From positions 1 through 20,245 of the forward strand of contig JBECUL010000040.1 in assembly GCA_040225955.1 (NCBI GenBank): a stretch of 20,245 nucleotides of DNA. The letters are read 5' to 3'. Below are positions 1 through 8,708 of the stretch, in pieces. Below the pieces are notes generated by a model that saw nothing but the letters and a program-made list of their open reading frames with translations, was not told where the DNA came from and did no database searches. Within the stretch, counting starts at the first letter, position 1. Each line of letters starts with the position of its first letter. The DNA is from Candidatus Asgardarchaeum abyssi (GTDB lineage Archaea > Asgardarchaeota > Asgardarchaeia > Asgardarchaeales > Asgardarchaeaceae). Made by a program: the position numbers and the translations under genes.

Positions 1-29
1 AAAGCCGGCGGCCGCACGCACCCTCTTTA
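1..29 (-). ncRNA. Probable 5' end of a GC-rich stable RNA, most likely RNase P RNA (runs off the window)
   Basis: GC-rich island in an AT-rich background. The minus strand reads TAAAGAGGGTGCGTGCGGCCGCCGGCTTT, resembling the P1/P2/P3 5' strands that precede GAGGAAAGUCC in RNase P RNAs. A BRE-TATA lies about 25-30 nt upstream. The diagnostic CR-I motif would lie outside the window. Confidence 0.45.
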
Positions 30-51
30 AATCTTAAAGAACGAGCGACGA

Positions 52-66
52 AGTTATAAGTTTTTC
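52..66 (-). promoter_or_regulatory. Archaeal BRE + TATA box for the leftward stable-RNA gene
   Basis: Minus strand GAAAAAC-TTATAA-CT (TATA at 54-59). This places the start site at about 29-30, where the GC-rich segment begins. Confidence 0.6.
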
Positions 67-279
67 ATATCAGACTTTTAATAAAAAAACTATCATTTCC
101 TATAGAAAAAAATTAATTAATCTCCTTATAATCTGTTGCAAGTTGAATCAAACGTTATGGTGCATTTAATATTGTAATTATCATTTAATTATAAATATTA
201 GAATGTTGCATTATACTCATACTTAGTAAGAATTATTTAATATTTCATCAAGTACTTGTCCACAAAGGAGAAAAAATCA

Positions 280-813
280 ATGAAATCAAAGAGCAAAGGT
301 GAAATAGAAGGTTTAGATAGCGACTTATTAAGAACCGTAGTTCAAAGTATTGCAGGAGAAGATGGGCTAAAGATAATTGATATAATACTTGAAAAAGACG
401 AAATCTCCGACGATGAATTAGCGCAGATTCTTGATGTAAGGGTTAATATAGTAAGGAAAATATTATATAAGTTATATGAACATGGTATTCTAATATATCG
501 AAGAACTAAAGATCCGGAAACTAATTGGTATATTTATTATTGGCGTCTTAATCCCGTAGGATTCCTCGACTCACTAAGGCGTCGGAGAGAAAAGTTACTT
601 AATAAATTAAAGGAACGTCTATCATATGAGGAAAGTAATATGTTTTATATTTGCAAAAATAAATGTGCTATTTTAACTTTTGATGAGGCCATCGAAAATT
701 CTTTTAAATGTCCTGTTTGTGGCGGTGACCTAAATTTTTATGATAATACCTTAATTAAAAGTATTCTAAAGAAGAAGATAACCCAAATTGAAAAGCAAAC
801 AAAATATTCATAA
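280..813 (+). CDS. tfe: Transcription factor E (TFE, TFIIE-alpha homolog)
   Basis: Winged-helix motif (ISDDELA..L...VRKILYKLYE.G...YRR.KD..TNWYIYYW) plus Zn ribbon (CKNKC...F.EA.E..FKCPVCG). ATG at 280 follows AAGGAG (265-270) and is preferred over TTG at 256. Confidence 0.95.
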   Translation: MKSKSKGEIEGLDSDLLRTVVQSIAGEDGLKIIDIILEKDEISDDELAQILDVRVNIVRKILYKLYEHGILIYRRTKDPETNWYIYYWRLNPVGFLDSLRRRREKLLNKLKERLSYEESNMFYICKNKCAILTFDEAIENSFKCPVCGGDLNFYDNTLIKSILKKKITQIEKQTKYS

Positions 814-838
814 AATCATTTAAGTTAGGTGTTCTAAT

Positions 839-1627
839 TTGGTTATTGCAGAGTTATTCATAAAGATCTATAGAACTATTAATTCAAATATTTTGTCATC
901 TCTTAAGAATCTATTAATAAATGATATAAAAGGCCTTGACGTAAGAATAGATTCTATTAATTTTTCCAAAGATATGAGATTTGTTTTTGTTTCCATAGAA
1001 GGGGAGGACTCTGAAGCTGCAAAAGCTTATTTAGAAGATAAATATGGAACGAAAAAACTTTTAGAAGAATTAAAACCAGGGGATGTAATAAAGGGATATA
1101 TCGCGAATTTAGGGAATGTTGGGTATGGTATATATATCGATATAGGGTTGGATAATTACAGAAAAGATGCTTTAATCCCTTTATATGAACTGAGAAAAGC
1201 TTTAGTTAATGGCGTACGAATTTCTACTAGGAAAATCGCATTTTTATATGGATTTGTAGAAAACTTCCCTATGAGAGTTGTTATTGAAAGAATAACTCAA
1301 ACTTTAAATGGCAAGAGAAATATTTATGCTGCACTTGATAGAGATCAAATTAAAATTTTAAAAATATGGATGAAGCAAGGGTATGAAAAGGTCATCGTAA
1401 CTGGCACTACTAGGCAAGAGATAAGAAAAGCTATTATAAAAACGGGTCATTTAAGAGATATAATTACAATAGAAAGGATTGGATTTCTTGAACATGTTAT
1501 AGTATGCAAGCGTGATACCGACGCTCCAGGAATAATCGCAGAAATAGGACCTAAATTGCCTTTTGCAAAGCTTGGGGCGTTTAGACCTACTTTGATAAAG
1601 GATATAATAGCTAAATCAAAAAAGTAA
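839..1627 (+). CDS. DUF2110 family protein (S1/OB-fold-containing)
   Basis: GEDSEAA...L...YG, G.VGYGIYIDIG, GH.RDI..IERIGFLEH.IVCK.DTDAPGIIAEIGP motifs; usual position after tfe. Confidence 0.85.
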   Translation: MVIAELFIKIYRTINSNILSSLKNLLINDIKGLDVRIDSINFSKDMRFVFVSIEGEDSEAAKAYLEDKYGTKKLLEELKPGDVIKGYIANLGNVGYGIYIDIGLDNYRKDALIPLYELRKALVNGVRISTRKIAFLYGFVENFPMRVVIERITQTLNGKRNIYAALDRDQIKILKIWMKQGYEKVIVTGTTRQEIRKAIIKTGHLRDIITIERIGFLEHVIVCKRDTDAPGIIAEIGPKLPFAKLGAFRPTLIKDIIAKSKK

Positions 1628-1631
1628 AAAA

Positions 1632-2972
1632 ATGAAAAGTTTTGAGGGATTACTAATGGAAATCATAGAGAAGTCATTAAATTTACTAAGAAAATATCCT
1701 CTCTGTGATAATTGCTTAGGTCGATGCTTTGCATTATTGGGCGAAGGACTGCCAAACGATCAACGAGGAAAAACAATAAAAACTTTAATTTTTTTATCAC
1801 TTTATCATTCCGCTATAAAATTAGGGTTAACTGAGGATCTTAAAAGAGATTTCATAGCGTTGGCTCAAAGCAATTATCCACAAGCTTTATCATATTTAAA
1901 GAAAAATGGTATTAATGTTGAAAGGAAGACTTGTTATATATGCTCTAACATTTTTAATAAAATATCCTATCTTCTTGAGTTCGCATTAAGAAAAATTGTT
2001 GAATATGAATTTGATACTTTCTTGGTTGGGTCTTCGATTCCAAAAGAATATCTAGCTAGAGAAGATCAACTCAAGAATGAGTTTAAGTTGGAATATAGCG
2101 AAAGTCTTAAACGTGAGCTAAATAGGGTTATAGGAAAGAAGCTTCAGCGTCTTGTAGGGAGGTGTGTTTCGTTCAATAACCCTGATATTATAATTTTATT
2201 TAATTTTAAGGAAGCTTCTGTTGAAATACAGTCATCATCTGTTTTCATATATGGTAAATATAGAAAACTAGTTAGGGGTATACCCCAATCTAAATGGGGC
2301 CGTAGGAAGTTGAGAAAAGATAAATCATATGTGCCTAAATATAACATATCCGTTGAAGAGTTAATAACATCCCCAATTCTTAATTTCTTCCAAGCCAAAG
2401 AGGCAATTCTTCATGCAGCTGGACGGGAAGACATAGACGCACTTATGTTAGGACATGGAAGACCCTTTGTTATTGAAATTAAAAATCCTAAGAAAAGGAA
2501 TGTTCAACTTGAGATGTTAAATGAGGCAATTAACAATTTTGCAAAGGGGTATATCGAAGTAAATCTAATATCCTACACAAATAAAGATAAAGTGCGTGAA
2601 ATAAAAATGATAGGGCAAAAAACAAGAAAAATTTACAGAGCGCTAGTAGAGGTTGATAGAAAAGTAACTCAAAATGACTTGGAAAAAATTGAAAAATCCT
2701 TAAGCGGAGCTACTATATTTCAAAGAACTCCAACTCGAGTTCTTCATAGAAGAAGCGATAAATTAAGACATAAGAAAGTTTATAAAGTAGATTTAAAGTT
2801 AATAAATGAAAATACATTTGAAATGAAAATTGATGCTCAAGGTGGTCTTTATATAAAAGAGTTAATTGATGGAGATCATGGTCGAACAACTCCTAGTGTC
2901 TCTGAGATATTAAATGCCTCTGCAAGATGCATTGAACTGGATGTGTTGGATATAATTCTAGAAGGTGAATAA
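1632..2972 (+). CDS. pus10: tRNA pseudouridine(54/55) synthase Pus10
   Basis: N-terminal LCDNCLGR.F and CYIC Zn site; catalytic HAAGREDID.LMLG.GRPF; QRTP.RV.HRR.D; GGLYIKELI.GD.GRT.PS. The start may be the ATG at 1656. Confidence 0.95.
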   Translation: MKSFEGLLMEIIEKSLNLLRKYPLCDNCLGRCFALLGEGLPNDQRGKTIKTLIFLSLYHSAIKLGLTEDLKRDFIALAQSNYPQALSYLKKNGINVERKTCYICSNIFNKISYLLEFALRKIVEYEFDTFLVGSSIPKEYLAREDQLKNEFKLEYSESLKRELNRVIGKKLQRLVGRCVSFNNPDIIILFNFKEASVEIQSSSVFIYGKYRKLVRGIPQSKWGRRKLRKDKSYVPKYNISVEELITSPILNFFQAKEAILHAAGREDIDALMLGHGRPFVIEIKNPKKRNVQLEMLNEAINNFAKGYIEVNLISYTNKDKVREIKMIGQKTRKIYRALVEVDRKVTQNDLEKIEKSLSGATIFQRTPTRVLHRRSDKLRHKKVYKVDLKLINENTFEMKIDAQGGLYIKELIDGDHGRTTPSVSEILNASARCIELDVLDIILEGE

Positions 2973-2973
2973 A

Positions 2974-3270
2974 ATGGTAAGAAAAAGTAAGGGATATCGT
3001 TCAAGAACGAGGAAATTGTTAACGAAACCTATTAGGAAAAGAGGTCTAGCTCCTCTTGGTAAAATATTATATGAATATAAACTTGGGGAGAAGGTAGTTA
3101 TAAAGATAGATCCCAGTGTTCATAAGGGAATGCCTCACAAAAGATTCCATGGCAAGGTAGGTCGTGTTATAGGTTTTCGAGGAAAAGCAATAATAGTTGA
3201 AGTTAAGGATTTTAATAAAACAAAACAAATAATTACCTTAAAAGATCATTTAGAGCCGTTGAGGGAGTAA
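2974..3270 (+). CDS. rpl21e: 50S ribosomal protein L21e
   Basis: SKGYRSRTRKLL, IDPSVHKGMPHKRFHGK.G.V.G.RG. ATG at 2974 follows AGGTGA. Confidence 0.97.
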   Translation: MVRKSKGYRSRTRKLLTKPIRKRGLAPLGKILYEYKLGEKVVIKIDPSVHKGMPHKRFHGKVGRVIGFRGKAIIVEVKDFNKTKQIITLKDHLEPLRE

Positions 3271-3272
3271 AT

Positions 3273-3620
3273 ATGCCTAGGAAAATTTTGGATAAAAAAC
3301 TACTAACACATCCAGAAGTAAAGGAAATTCTCACAAAACGCTCAGAAATAGGTGAATTAAATTATATTCAAAGAATAACTCTTGATTATGTTTCTAGATT
3401 TTCCAAGCTATCTCTCCAAAACTCTCAAAAACTGATTTCTATACTTGTAAATCAGTTTTCAATAGACGAAGAAACTGCTTATCAAATTGTTAATGTAATG
3501 CCCAAAACTCCGCAAGAGCTTTCTGTATTTCTTTCAGGAAGTAATTTATCTGGTGATGATTTTAAGAAAATTATTGAGGTAATAAAAGAATTTGCAGAGT
3601 CAAGTGACGAAGATAAATAA
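3273..3620 (+). CDS. rpoF: DNA-directed RNA polymerase subunit Rpo4 (F)
   Basis: EVKEIL...ELNYIQR.TLDY..RFSKL, AYQIVNVMP.T..EL; conserved position after rpl21e. Confidence 0.92.
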   Translation: MPRKILDKKLLTHPEVKEILTKRSEIGELNYIQRITLDYVSRFSKLSLQNSQKLISILVNQFSIDEETAYQIVNVMPKTPQELSVFLSGSNLSGDDFKKIIEVIKEFAESSDEDK

Positions 3621-3781
3621 CTTTGTAGTATAAATGGCATATCACTTATTTTGCATAATTTTCAAATATTAGATGAGATAAAATCTCAATATCATTAGAA
3701 GTTTACTATCATTGTATTAAGTATTATATTTCTCATAAATCTCATATAGGTGTACTTAAATAGATTTTATGATTAATAGCG

Positions 3782-4378
3782 GTGATAAAATTGGATTATA
3801 GGCGTCAGAGACAAAATAGGGAATATTATGAAGAATATGCTTATATCTTAGACTTCCTACCAGAGGGTTTATATACTCCTATTCAGAAAAGACGTGAACC
3901 GATAGCTCAAGCTATTGGTGAATTATATTTTACTTTATTAGAGTTAACACCTAAACCTGGGGTGTTTTTAGAAATAGGTGAACGTGTATATATTGGAAAA
4001 GGATTTAGGCAAAAGATAGCTCATGTTAAAGGTAAAATAACTTATGATGACTTAACCGCTACAGCCAAATCAGAATTACCAAATGTTTTAGAAATAATCA
4101 TACGGCAACGTGAGGCTTTTTTTGTTGATTTTTTCAATAAGGCAGGTCCATTAACTCCGAAATTGCATGCAATAGAGCTATTACCAGGTATAGGTAAGAA
4201 AACAATGTGGGAAATATTAGAAGAAAGGAAGAAAAAATTGTTTGATTCTTTTGATGATATATCTAAACGGACATCAATTTCAGATCCAATTAAACTTATT
4301 ATTCGACGTATTGAACAAGAACTTCAAAACGACGAAAAATACTATTTATTTGTCCCTAAGAGAAGACGTGAAGAGTAG
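3782..4378 (+). CDS. DUF655 family putative RNA-binding protein (OB + HhH)
   Basis: EEYAYILDFLP.G, QAIGE.YFTLLE, GERVYIGKG.R, FFNKAGPLT.KLH.IELLPGIGKK. The start may be the TTG at 3791 after GGTGA. Confidence 0.92.
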   Translation: MIKLDYRRQRQNREYYEEYAYILDFLPEGLYTPIQKRREPIAQAIGELYFTLLELTPKPGVFLEIGERVYIGKGFRQKIAHVKGKITYDDLTATAKSELPNVLEIIIRQREAFFVDFFNKAGPLTPKLHAIELLPGIGKKTMWEILEERKKKLFDSFDDISKRTSISDPIKLIIRRIEQELQNDEKYYLFVPKRRREE

Positions 4379-4387
4379 TAATGTAAG

Positions 4388-5257
4388 ATGACAATGGCAG
4401 ATAATTTATTAAAAAATCTACTCTACTTAAAACGAAAGTATAATATCGTTTTTAAGAAAAAGCTGTCTCAACATTTCCTAATCGATTATAAGGTACTTGA
4501 AAAAATTATAGATTTTGCAAATTTAAATAAAGATGATATTATTCTTGAAATAGGTCCTGGTTTAGGCTTTCTCACTCGTCTTATCATACCCAAAGTTAAA
4601 AAAGTAATTGCTGTAGAGATAGATAAAGTGTTTTCTGAAATATTAAAATGTGAGGTAAATACTAAAAAGCTTGAAGTAATAGAGGCTAATATACTGGAGA
4701 TCAATTATTTCTCTGTCAATAAAATAATTTCAAATGTTCCCTATTCGATCTCCTCAAAATTGTTTTTAAAACTATTATCATTCGATTTTGATTATGCCAT
4801 ATTAATGTTTCAAAAAGATTTTGTTGACAAAATATTTGCTAATCCAGGTAATAAAAACTATGGAAAGATCTCAGCTCTCTCACAACTATTCTATAATATA
4901 TCTCTATTAGAAATAGTACCTCCAGATGCTTTTTATCCTAAGCCTAAGGTTTATTCAGCTATTATAAAGTTATGTAAGAAAAAAGAACGGCTATACCTTA
5001 CACCTTATATAATATCGTTTTGGAATTTTCTAAGTATTTTTTTCTCCCGCCCTCACAGGATAAATAGAGCTACGTTTAAAGGTTGGGTCAAACAGAAATA
5101 TGTGTCTCAAAAACAATATTCTTACCTTAAAGAAAAATTTCCAGAGGTATTTCAAAAAAGAGCAATAAACACGACACCAGAGGAAATTCTAAGAATATAC
5201 AATTTATTATTTCCGGTGTTAAGTTATGAGGAAAAATATAATCAAGAAGGCAATTAA
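4388..5257 (+). CDS. ksgA: 16S rRNA m6,2A dimethyltransferase KsgA/RsmA/Dim1
   Basis: KKLSQHFL, ILEIGPGLGFLT, AVEID, SNVPYSISS, YGKIS, FYPKPKV.SA. Confidence 0.95.
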   Translation: MTMADNLLKNLLYLKRKYNIVFKKKLSQHFLIDYKVLEKIIDFANLNKDDIILEIGPGLGFLTRLIIPKVKKVIAVEIDKVFSEILKCEVNTKKLEVIEANILEINYFSVNKIISNVPYSISSKLFLKLLSFDFDYAILMFQKDFVDKIFANPGNKNYGKISALSQLFYNISLLEIVPPDAFYPKPKVYSAIIKLCKKKERLYLTPYIISFWNFLSIFFSRPHRINRATFKGWVKQKYVSQKQYSYLKEKFPEVFQKRAINTTPEEILRIYNLLFPVLSYEEKYNQEGN

Positions 5258-5861
5258 TTATCCAGAAGGTTTTAAATTGCTTATTTGTAAAAGAACATAC
5301 CCTCCCTCTGAAGATAGTTACTTGATAATTGATTCTTTATTAAAGATTAATTTAAAAAATATAAAGATAGCTCTCGATGTTGGGTGTGGTTCTGGCATAA
5401 TTACTTGTTTTTTAGCTAGGTTTGCTAACAAAGTATACGCCACTGACATAAATCCTTACGCTTTAAATTGTACAGCAAATAATATTATTCTGAATAAACT
5501 TAGTAATAGAGTAATTTTACTTTATAGTGACTTATTTTCAAGTATACCACCTGAAATAAAATTTGACTTAATAGTCTTTAATCCACCATATCTACCTATA
5601 AATGACACCGAAAAAATAGCTGATGAGTATCTTGAACTGGCTTGGTGTGGGGGTAGAGATGGGACAAATATCATTATTAACTTTCTATTACAAGCTATCA
5701 AACATCTCTATGTTGGTGGGCGTATAGTTTTGCTTATTTCCTCTTTATCAAATGTTAAAAAGATATACTCAACCATCAAGAAATTAGGGTTAAAATACTC
5801 TGTCATAGCGAATTATAAAACATTTTTTGAAGAATTAAAAGTTTTATTAATCTCCGAGTGA
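5226..5861 (+). CDS. HemK2/Mtq2-like (release-factor glutamine) methyltransferase
   Basis: YPPSEDSYL, LDVGCGSG, DINPYA, SDLF, FDLIVFNPPYLP, AWCGGRDG; conserved neighbour of ksgA. Confidence 0.88.
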   Translation: MRKNIIKKAINYPEGFKLLICKRTYPPSEDSYLIIDSLLKINLKNIKIALDVGCGSGIITCFLARFANKVYATDINPYALNCTANNIILNKLSNRVILLYSDLFSSIPPEIKFDLIVFNPPYLPINDTEKIADEYLELAWCGGRDGTNIIINFLLQAIKHLYVGGRIVLLISSLSNVKKIYSTIKKLGLKYSVIANYKTFFEELKVLLISE

Positions 5862-5867
5862 TCGTGA

Positions 5868-7706
5868 CTATAAAAGTAGAAGATAAATTAACGTAGTCAA
5901 TATTATTGCTAGAAAAATGAAAATTATGCTCATATATTTTAATAGTTTAAATGAGAGAACTATAACATTTAGCAAGGTATCAACTTTTTTTTCTCCAAGG
6001 ATTTTTGTGCTTACAAAAAATCTTTTATATCCAATTTTTGTTGCTCCTAAATCTTTGTAAGCATGATGTATTGCTTTAAGCGTTCTAGATAAGATTTCCT
6101 TTTTATCCCCTATTTCACCTATCGGATGATAACCAAACCTAGTTCTTGATAATCCATTAACATAATGAGTATCCGTTGTAAATACTTCGATTATATTGAT
6201 ATCTTTGAATTTTTTTAGTATTTCCTTAATTATCCAATCCTTAAAATGGTAATCCACATTATTTCCATCAAACAGAATATATAATGCTTTTTGTTCATCG
6301 ACTTTTATCAAAATGGCTCTTATACCACCTGGGCCAAAACCAAAGTCTGGAGGATAATCTATTTCACTCTGACCGAAACCTATTTCAAAATTACTGCTAT
6401 TTTCTTGATTACTTATATTGTTAAATCTTTCAAGCGCATTAACGATCTGGTTTAAAAGCGCTGATGATAATGAACTTTCAAAATATATACTTTCGCTTTT
6501 TTGAATTATTATTCGGCTATGTGCATCCACTAAAAATACATTCCGAATTTGTGGAAACTTTCTCTTTATAATTTCCTCTATAAGGACTCCCACCTCGCTT
6601 GATATGTCATCTATATGTCCATCGGCGCTACTTATTGAAAGAAAAAGAGTATCATTAAGCAGTTGCATTGTAAAGACAAAATTATTTGTTTTTTCTTGAT
6701 ATATTTTTGATATTTTTTCTTTACAAACTTCAATATTAATAATTTCTTCCTTTATTCTATCAATAATCTCCTTAACATATTTCTCCTTTGGTAAATTAAA
6801 ACCATGAGTAGTTGTCGAATGAAAAACTACAGAACAGAGTTCTTTATTGTTTAAATCATTCATAATTAATGCTGGCATGTTACTACTTCCAACATCTCTA
6901 AGAGGACCGGGATGTATTTGAGGCAGTATGAAAAGGATATTTTTACCGTTCTCTTTCTTGAAAAAGATAGTGTCAATATAGATTTCTCTGTCGTGAGCTA
7001 AAATATCTAGGTTTTTTTCAAATAGAGTTTTGTCCTTAGCTAAGTACATAGATGCAAAACTTCTAAAAAGCTTAAATCCCGAAATTTTTAACAATTGTCG
7101 ACTAGGTATACTAATAATACTAAGAAAAATAATAGTTAATATACTCCAAATAGTCATTTCCATCGCAACTAATCGGTAGTTTAAAGATGTGATTATTGGA
7201 CTATAATATAGGGCTATATTATTACAAAAAATAATAACCGCTATTAAACTAAAGGCTGAAAGCAATCTTAGATACAATGCTTTTTCTCCTACTGAGTATA
7301 ATACAACAACTCTGAATGATAATGTTAATCCTATTGAAATATAAAACAGAAGATCTAAAGGTAAAGAAATTGATAGCACATAATATAAAATTGAGAAGAA
7401 AAGAAAAGGCATAAAAAATACTATTGTACTGGTCATGGTCAGGATTAAGTGTCTTCTATATGTCAATATTCTATCATTCATAGTAAGTAAGTATGCAATA
7501 AAATTTCCTACTATAATTACGATACTCCAGAAAAATAGATAGTTAAGAAAGACTATTGAGAAAAAATCAATAAATCCCAATAATATAATTTGAGTTAATA
7601 TTGTAAGGAGTATGATTTCAATTAAACAATATAAAAGTAAGATTTGTGTTTTAGGAAAACTTCTGAGTTTTGTAAATAGCGTTACAGTTTCTTTTACTTT
7701 ATTCAT
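5868..7706 (-). CDS. DUF2070 family membrane protein
   Basis: Multiple N-terminal TM helices, then IHPGP...VGSSNMP, FHSTTTH.FN, VDAH, FDGNN, TTDTHYVNG, YHPIG and a C-terminal TM helix; usual neighbour of ksgA-hemK. The ATG at 7706 is preferred over GTG at 7712. Confidence 0.88.
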   Translation of the reverse strand: MNKVKETVTLFTKLRSFPKTQILLLYCLIEIILLTILTQIILLGFIDFFSIVFLNYLFFWSIVIIVGNFIAYLLTMNDRILTYRRHLILTMTSTIVFFMPFLFFSILYYVLSISLPLDLLFYISIGLTLSFRVVVLYSVGEKALYLRLLSAFSLIAVIIFCNNIALYYSPIITSLNYRLVAMEMTIWSILTIIFLSIISIPSRQLLKISGFKLFRSFASMYLAKDKTLFEKNLDILAHDREIYIDTIFFKKENGKNILFILPQIHPGPLRDVGSSNMPALIMNDLNNKELCSVVFHSTTTHGFNLPKEKYVKEIIDRIKEEIINIEVCKEKISKIYQEKTNNFVFTMQLLNDTLFLSISSADGHIDDISSEVGVLIEEIIKRKFPQIRNVFLVDAHSRIIIQKSESIYFESSLSSALLNQIVNALERFNNISNQENSSNFEIGFGQSEIDYPPDFGFGPGGIRAILIKVDEQKALYILFDGNNVDYHFKDWIIKEILKKFKDINIIEVFTTDTHYVNGLSRTRFGYHPIGEIGDKKEILSRTLKAIHHAYKDLGATKIGYKRFFVSTKILGEKKVDTLLNVIVLSFKLLKYMSIIFIFLAIILTTLIYLLLL

Positions 7707-7894
7707 ATGCACACACCTTTCTCATACTTCCTTTTAAAAATAGTCATTACTAATTGTTTTTCTTCATTAAGTAACCATTTTTACGTTTTAATAATAATTA
7801 TATTTTTATAACTGAATGTTTTCTAATTTCTAAATTATTTGTTCTAATCTCTTAATCTCTAACTATACATTCTCAAGCCCTTAAGGTGCTGACA

Positions 7895-8425
7895 ATGGAA
7901 GAACATATTGAGCAATGCCCAGTATGTCTTTCAAGTACTTTACGGGTTATAGTATGTGAAAAAGATATCCCATTTTTTGGTTCTATCATTATTATAAGTA
8001 AACTTTGCAAAAAGTGCGGTTATAAAAAGAATGATATTCTAATAAAAAACGTAAATGAACCAGTTAGATATGTCTTTCAGGTTGAAAATCAGGATGATCT
8101 AAATGCTCGTGTTATTCGTTCTAGTACTGGTATTATCAAAATTCCTGAAATAGGTTTTGAGATGACTCCGGGCCCTATATCGGATAGTTTCATCACAAAT
8201 GTAGAAGGTATTCTTGAACGAGTATTAAAAATTTTAGATAAAATTGAAGCGATAAAAAATAATATATCTCCTTCTAAAAAGAAGCGCATAGAAGAAATAC
8301 GAGAATATATAGCGCTTGTTAAAGAGGGGAAAAGAAAAATTACAATTATCATTGAAGACAATTTTGGAAATAGTGCAATTATTTCAGATAAACCAGATAA
8401 AGTTAAGAAAGAAATAATAAAATAA
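7895..8425 (+). CDS. ZPR1-type zinc-finger protein
   Basis: CPVC...DIPFFG......C.KCGYK.ND, DDLNARVIRSS.G...IPE.G....PGP....FITNVEGIL.R, ED.FGNSAI. ATG at 7895 follows AAGGTG. Confidence 0.92.
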   Translation: MEEHIEQCPVCLSSTLRVIVCEKDIPFFGSIIIISKLCKKCGYKKNDILIKNVNEPVRYVFQVENQDDLNARVIRSSTGIIKIPEIGFEMTPGPISDSFITNVEGILERVLKILDKIEAIKNNISPSKKKRIEEIREYIALVKEGKRKITIIIEDNFGNSAIISDKPDKVKKEIIK

Positions 8426-8489
8426 TTCTTATATTGAATATAAAATTATAAGCATTTTTTTATTACTTTAATTTATTATTACGTAATTA

Positions 8490-8602
8490 TGAAAATGGTA
8501 ACATCCGAAAATGGGTGATTTATAAATGATTTACCATGGGCCTTCAACTCCCAAATGCTAAAACAGTGTTATATCACCTATTCTCAAATGTTACCTGAAA
8601 AT
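8490..8602 (+). mobile_element. Miniature inverted-repeat element, copy A (99 bp, 8497-8595) with 7-bp TSD TGAAAAT
   Basis: Left end GGTAACATCCGAAAATGGGTGAT; reverse complement of right end GGTAACATTTGAGAATAGGTGAT. TGAAAAT occurs at 8490-8496 and at 8596-8602. Confidence 0.8.
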
Positions 8603-8605
8603 TAA

Positions 8606-8620
8606 CGAAAAGTTTTTTTA
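8606..8620 (+). promoter_or_regulatory. Putative BRE/TATA upstream of aglB
   Basis: CGAAAAG followed by TTTTTTTA, a purine-rich BRE and T-rich TATA-like box, about 90 nt before the aglB ATG. Confidence 0.4.
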
Positions 8621-8708
8621 TGGATCATTAATCAAAACATAATAACACCTAGGCATTCATCACATTCATTTATCTTCATTGTTTTCAGTGAGATTTGGAG
8701 TTGATTAT

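Noticed and set aside
1-29. tRNA end at the window start
   Set aside because: Neither strand fits an acceptor stem with D-arm or a T-arm with discriminator pattern.
2144-2398. Antisense or alternative-frame ORFs (also 4486-4704, 8089-8361, 10386-10745, 10600-10827, 11946-12290, 12312-12539, 12710-13000, 14607-14834, 16172-16555, 16653-16844, 17744-17926, 17985-18185, 19126-19311, 19641-19823, 19824-20165)
   Set aside because: All overlap well-supported genes, show no recognisable motifs and have the composition of shadow ORFs.
7820-7862. Short TCTAAT/TAATCTCT repeats in the DUF2070-ZPR1 divergent spacer
   Set aside because: Low-complexity, short and irregularly spaced; expected by chance in AT-rich DNA.
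8497-8595. Integron attC interpretation of the AAC...GTT-bounded inverted repeats
   Set aside because: The ends are GGTAAC/GTTACC rather than RYYYAAC/GTTRRRY, the two copies are in opposite orientation, they flank housekeeping genes, and they carry 7-bp direct repeats typical of transposition.
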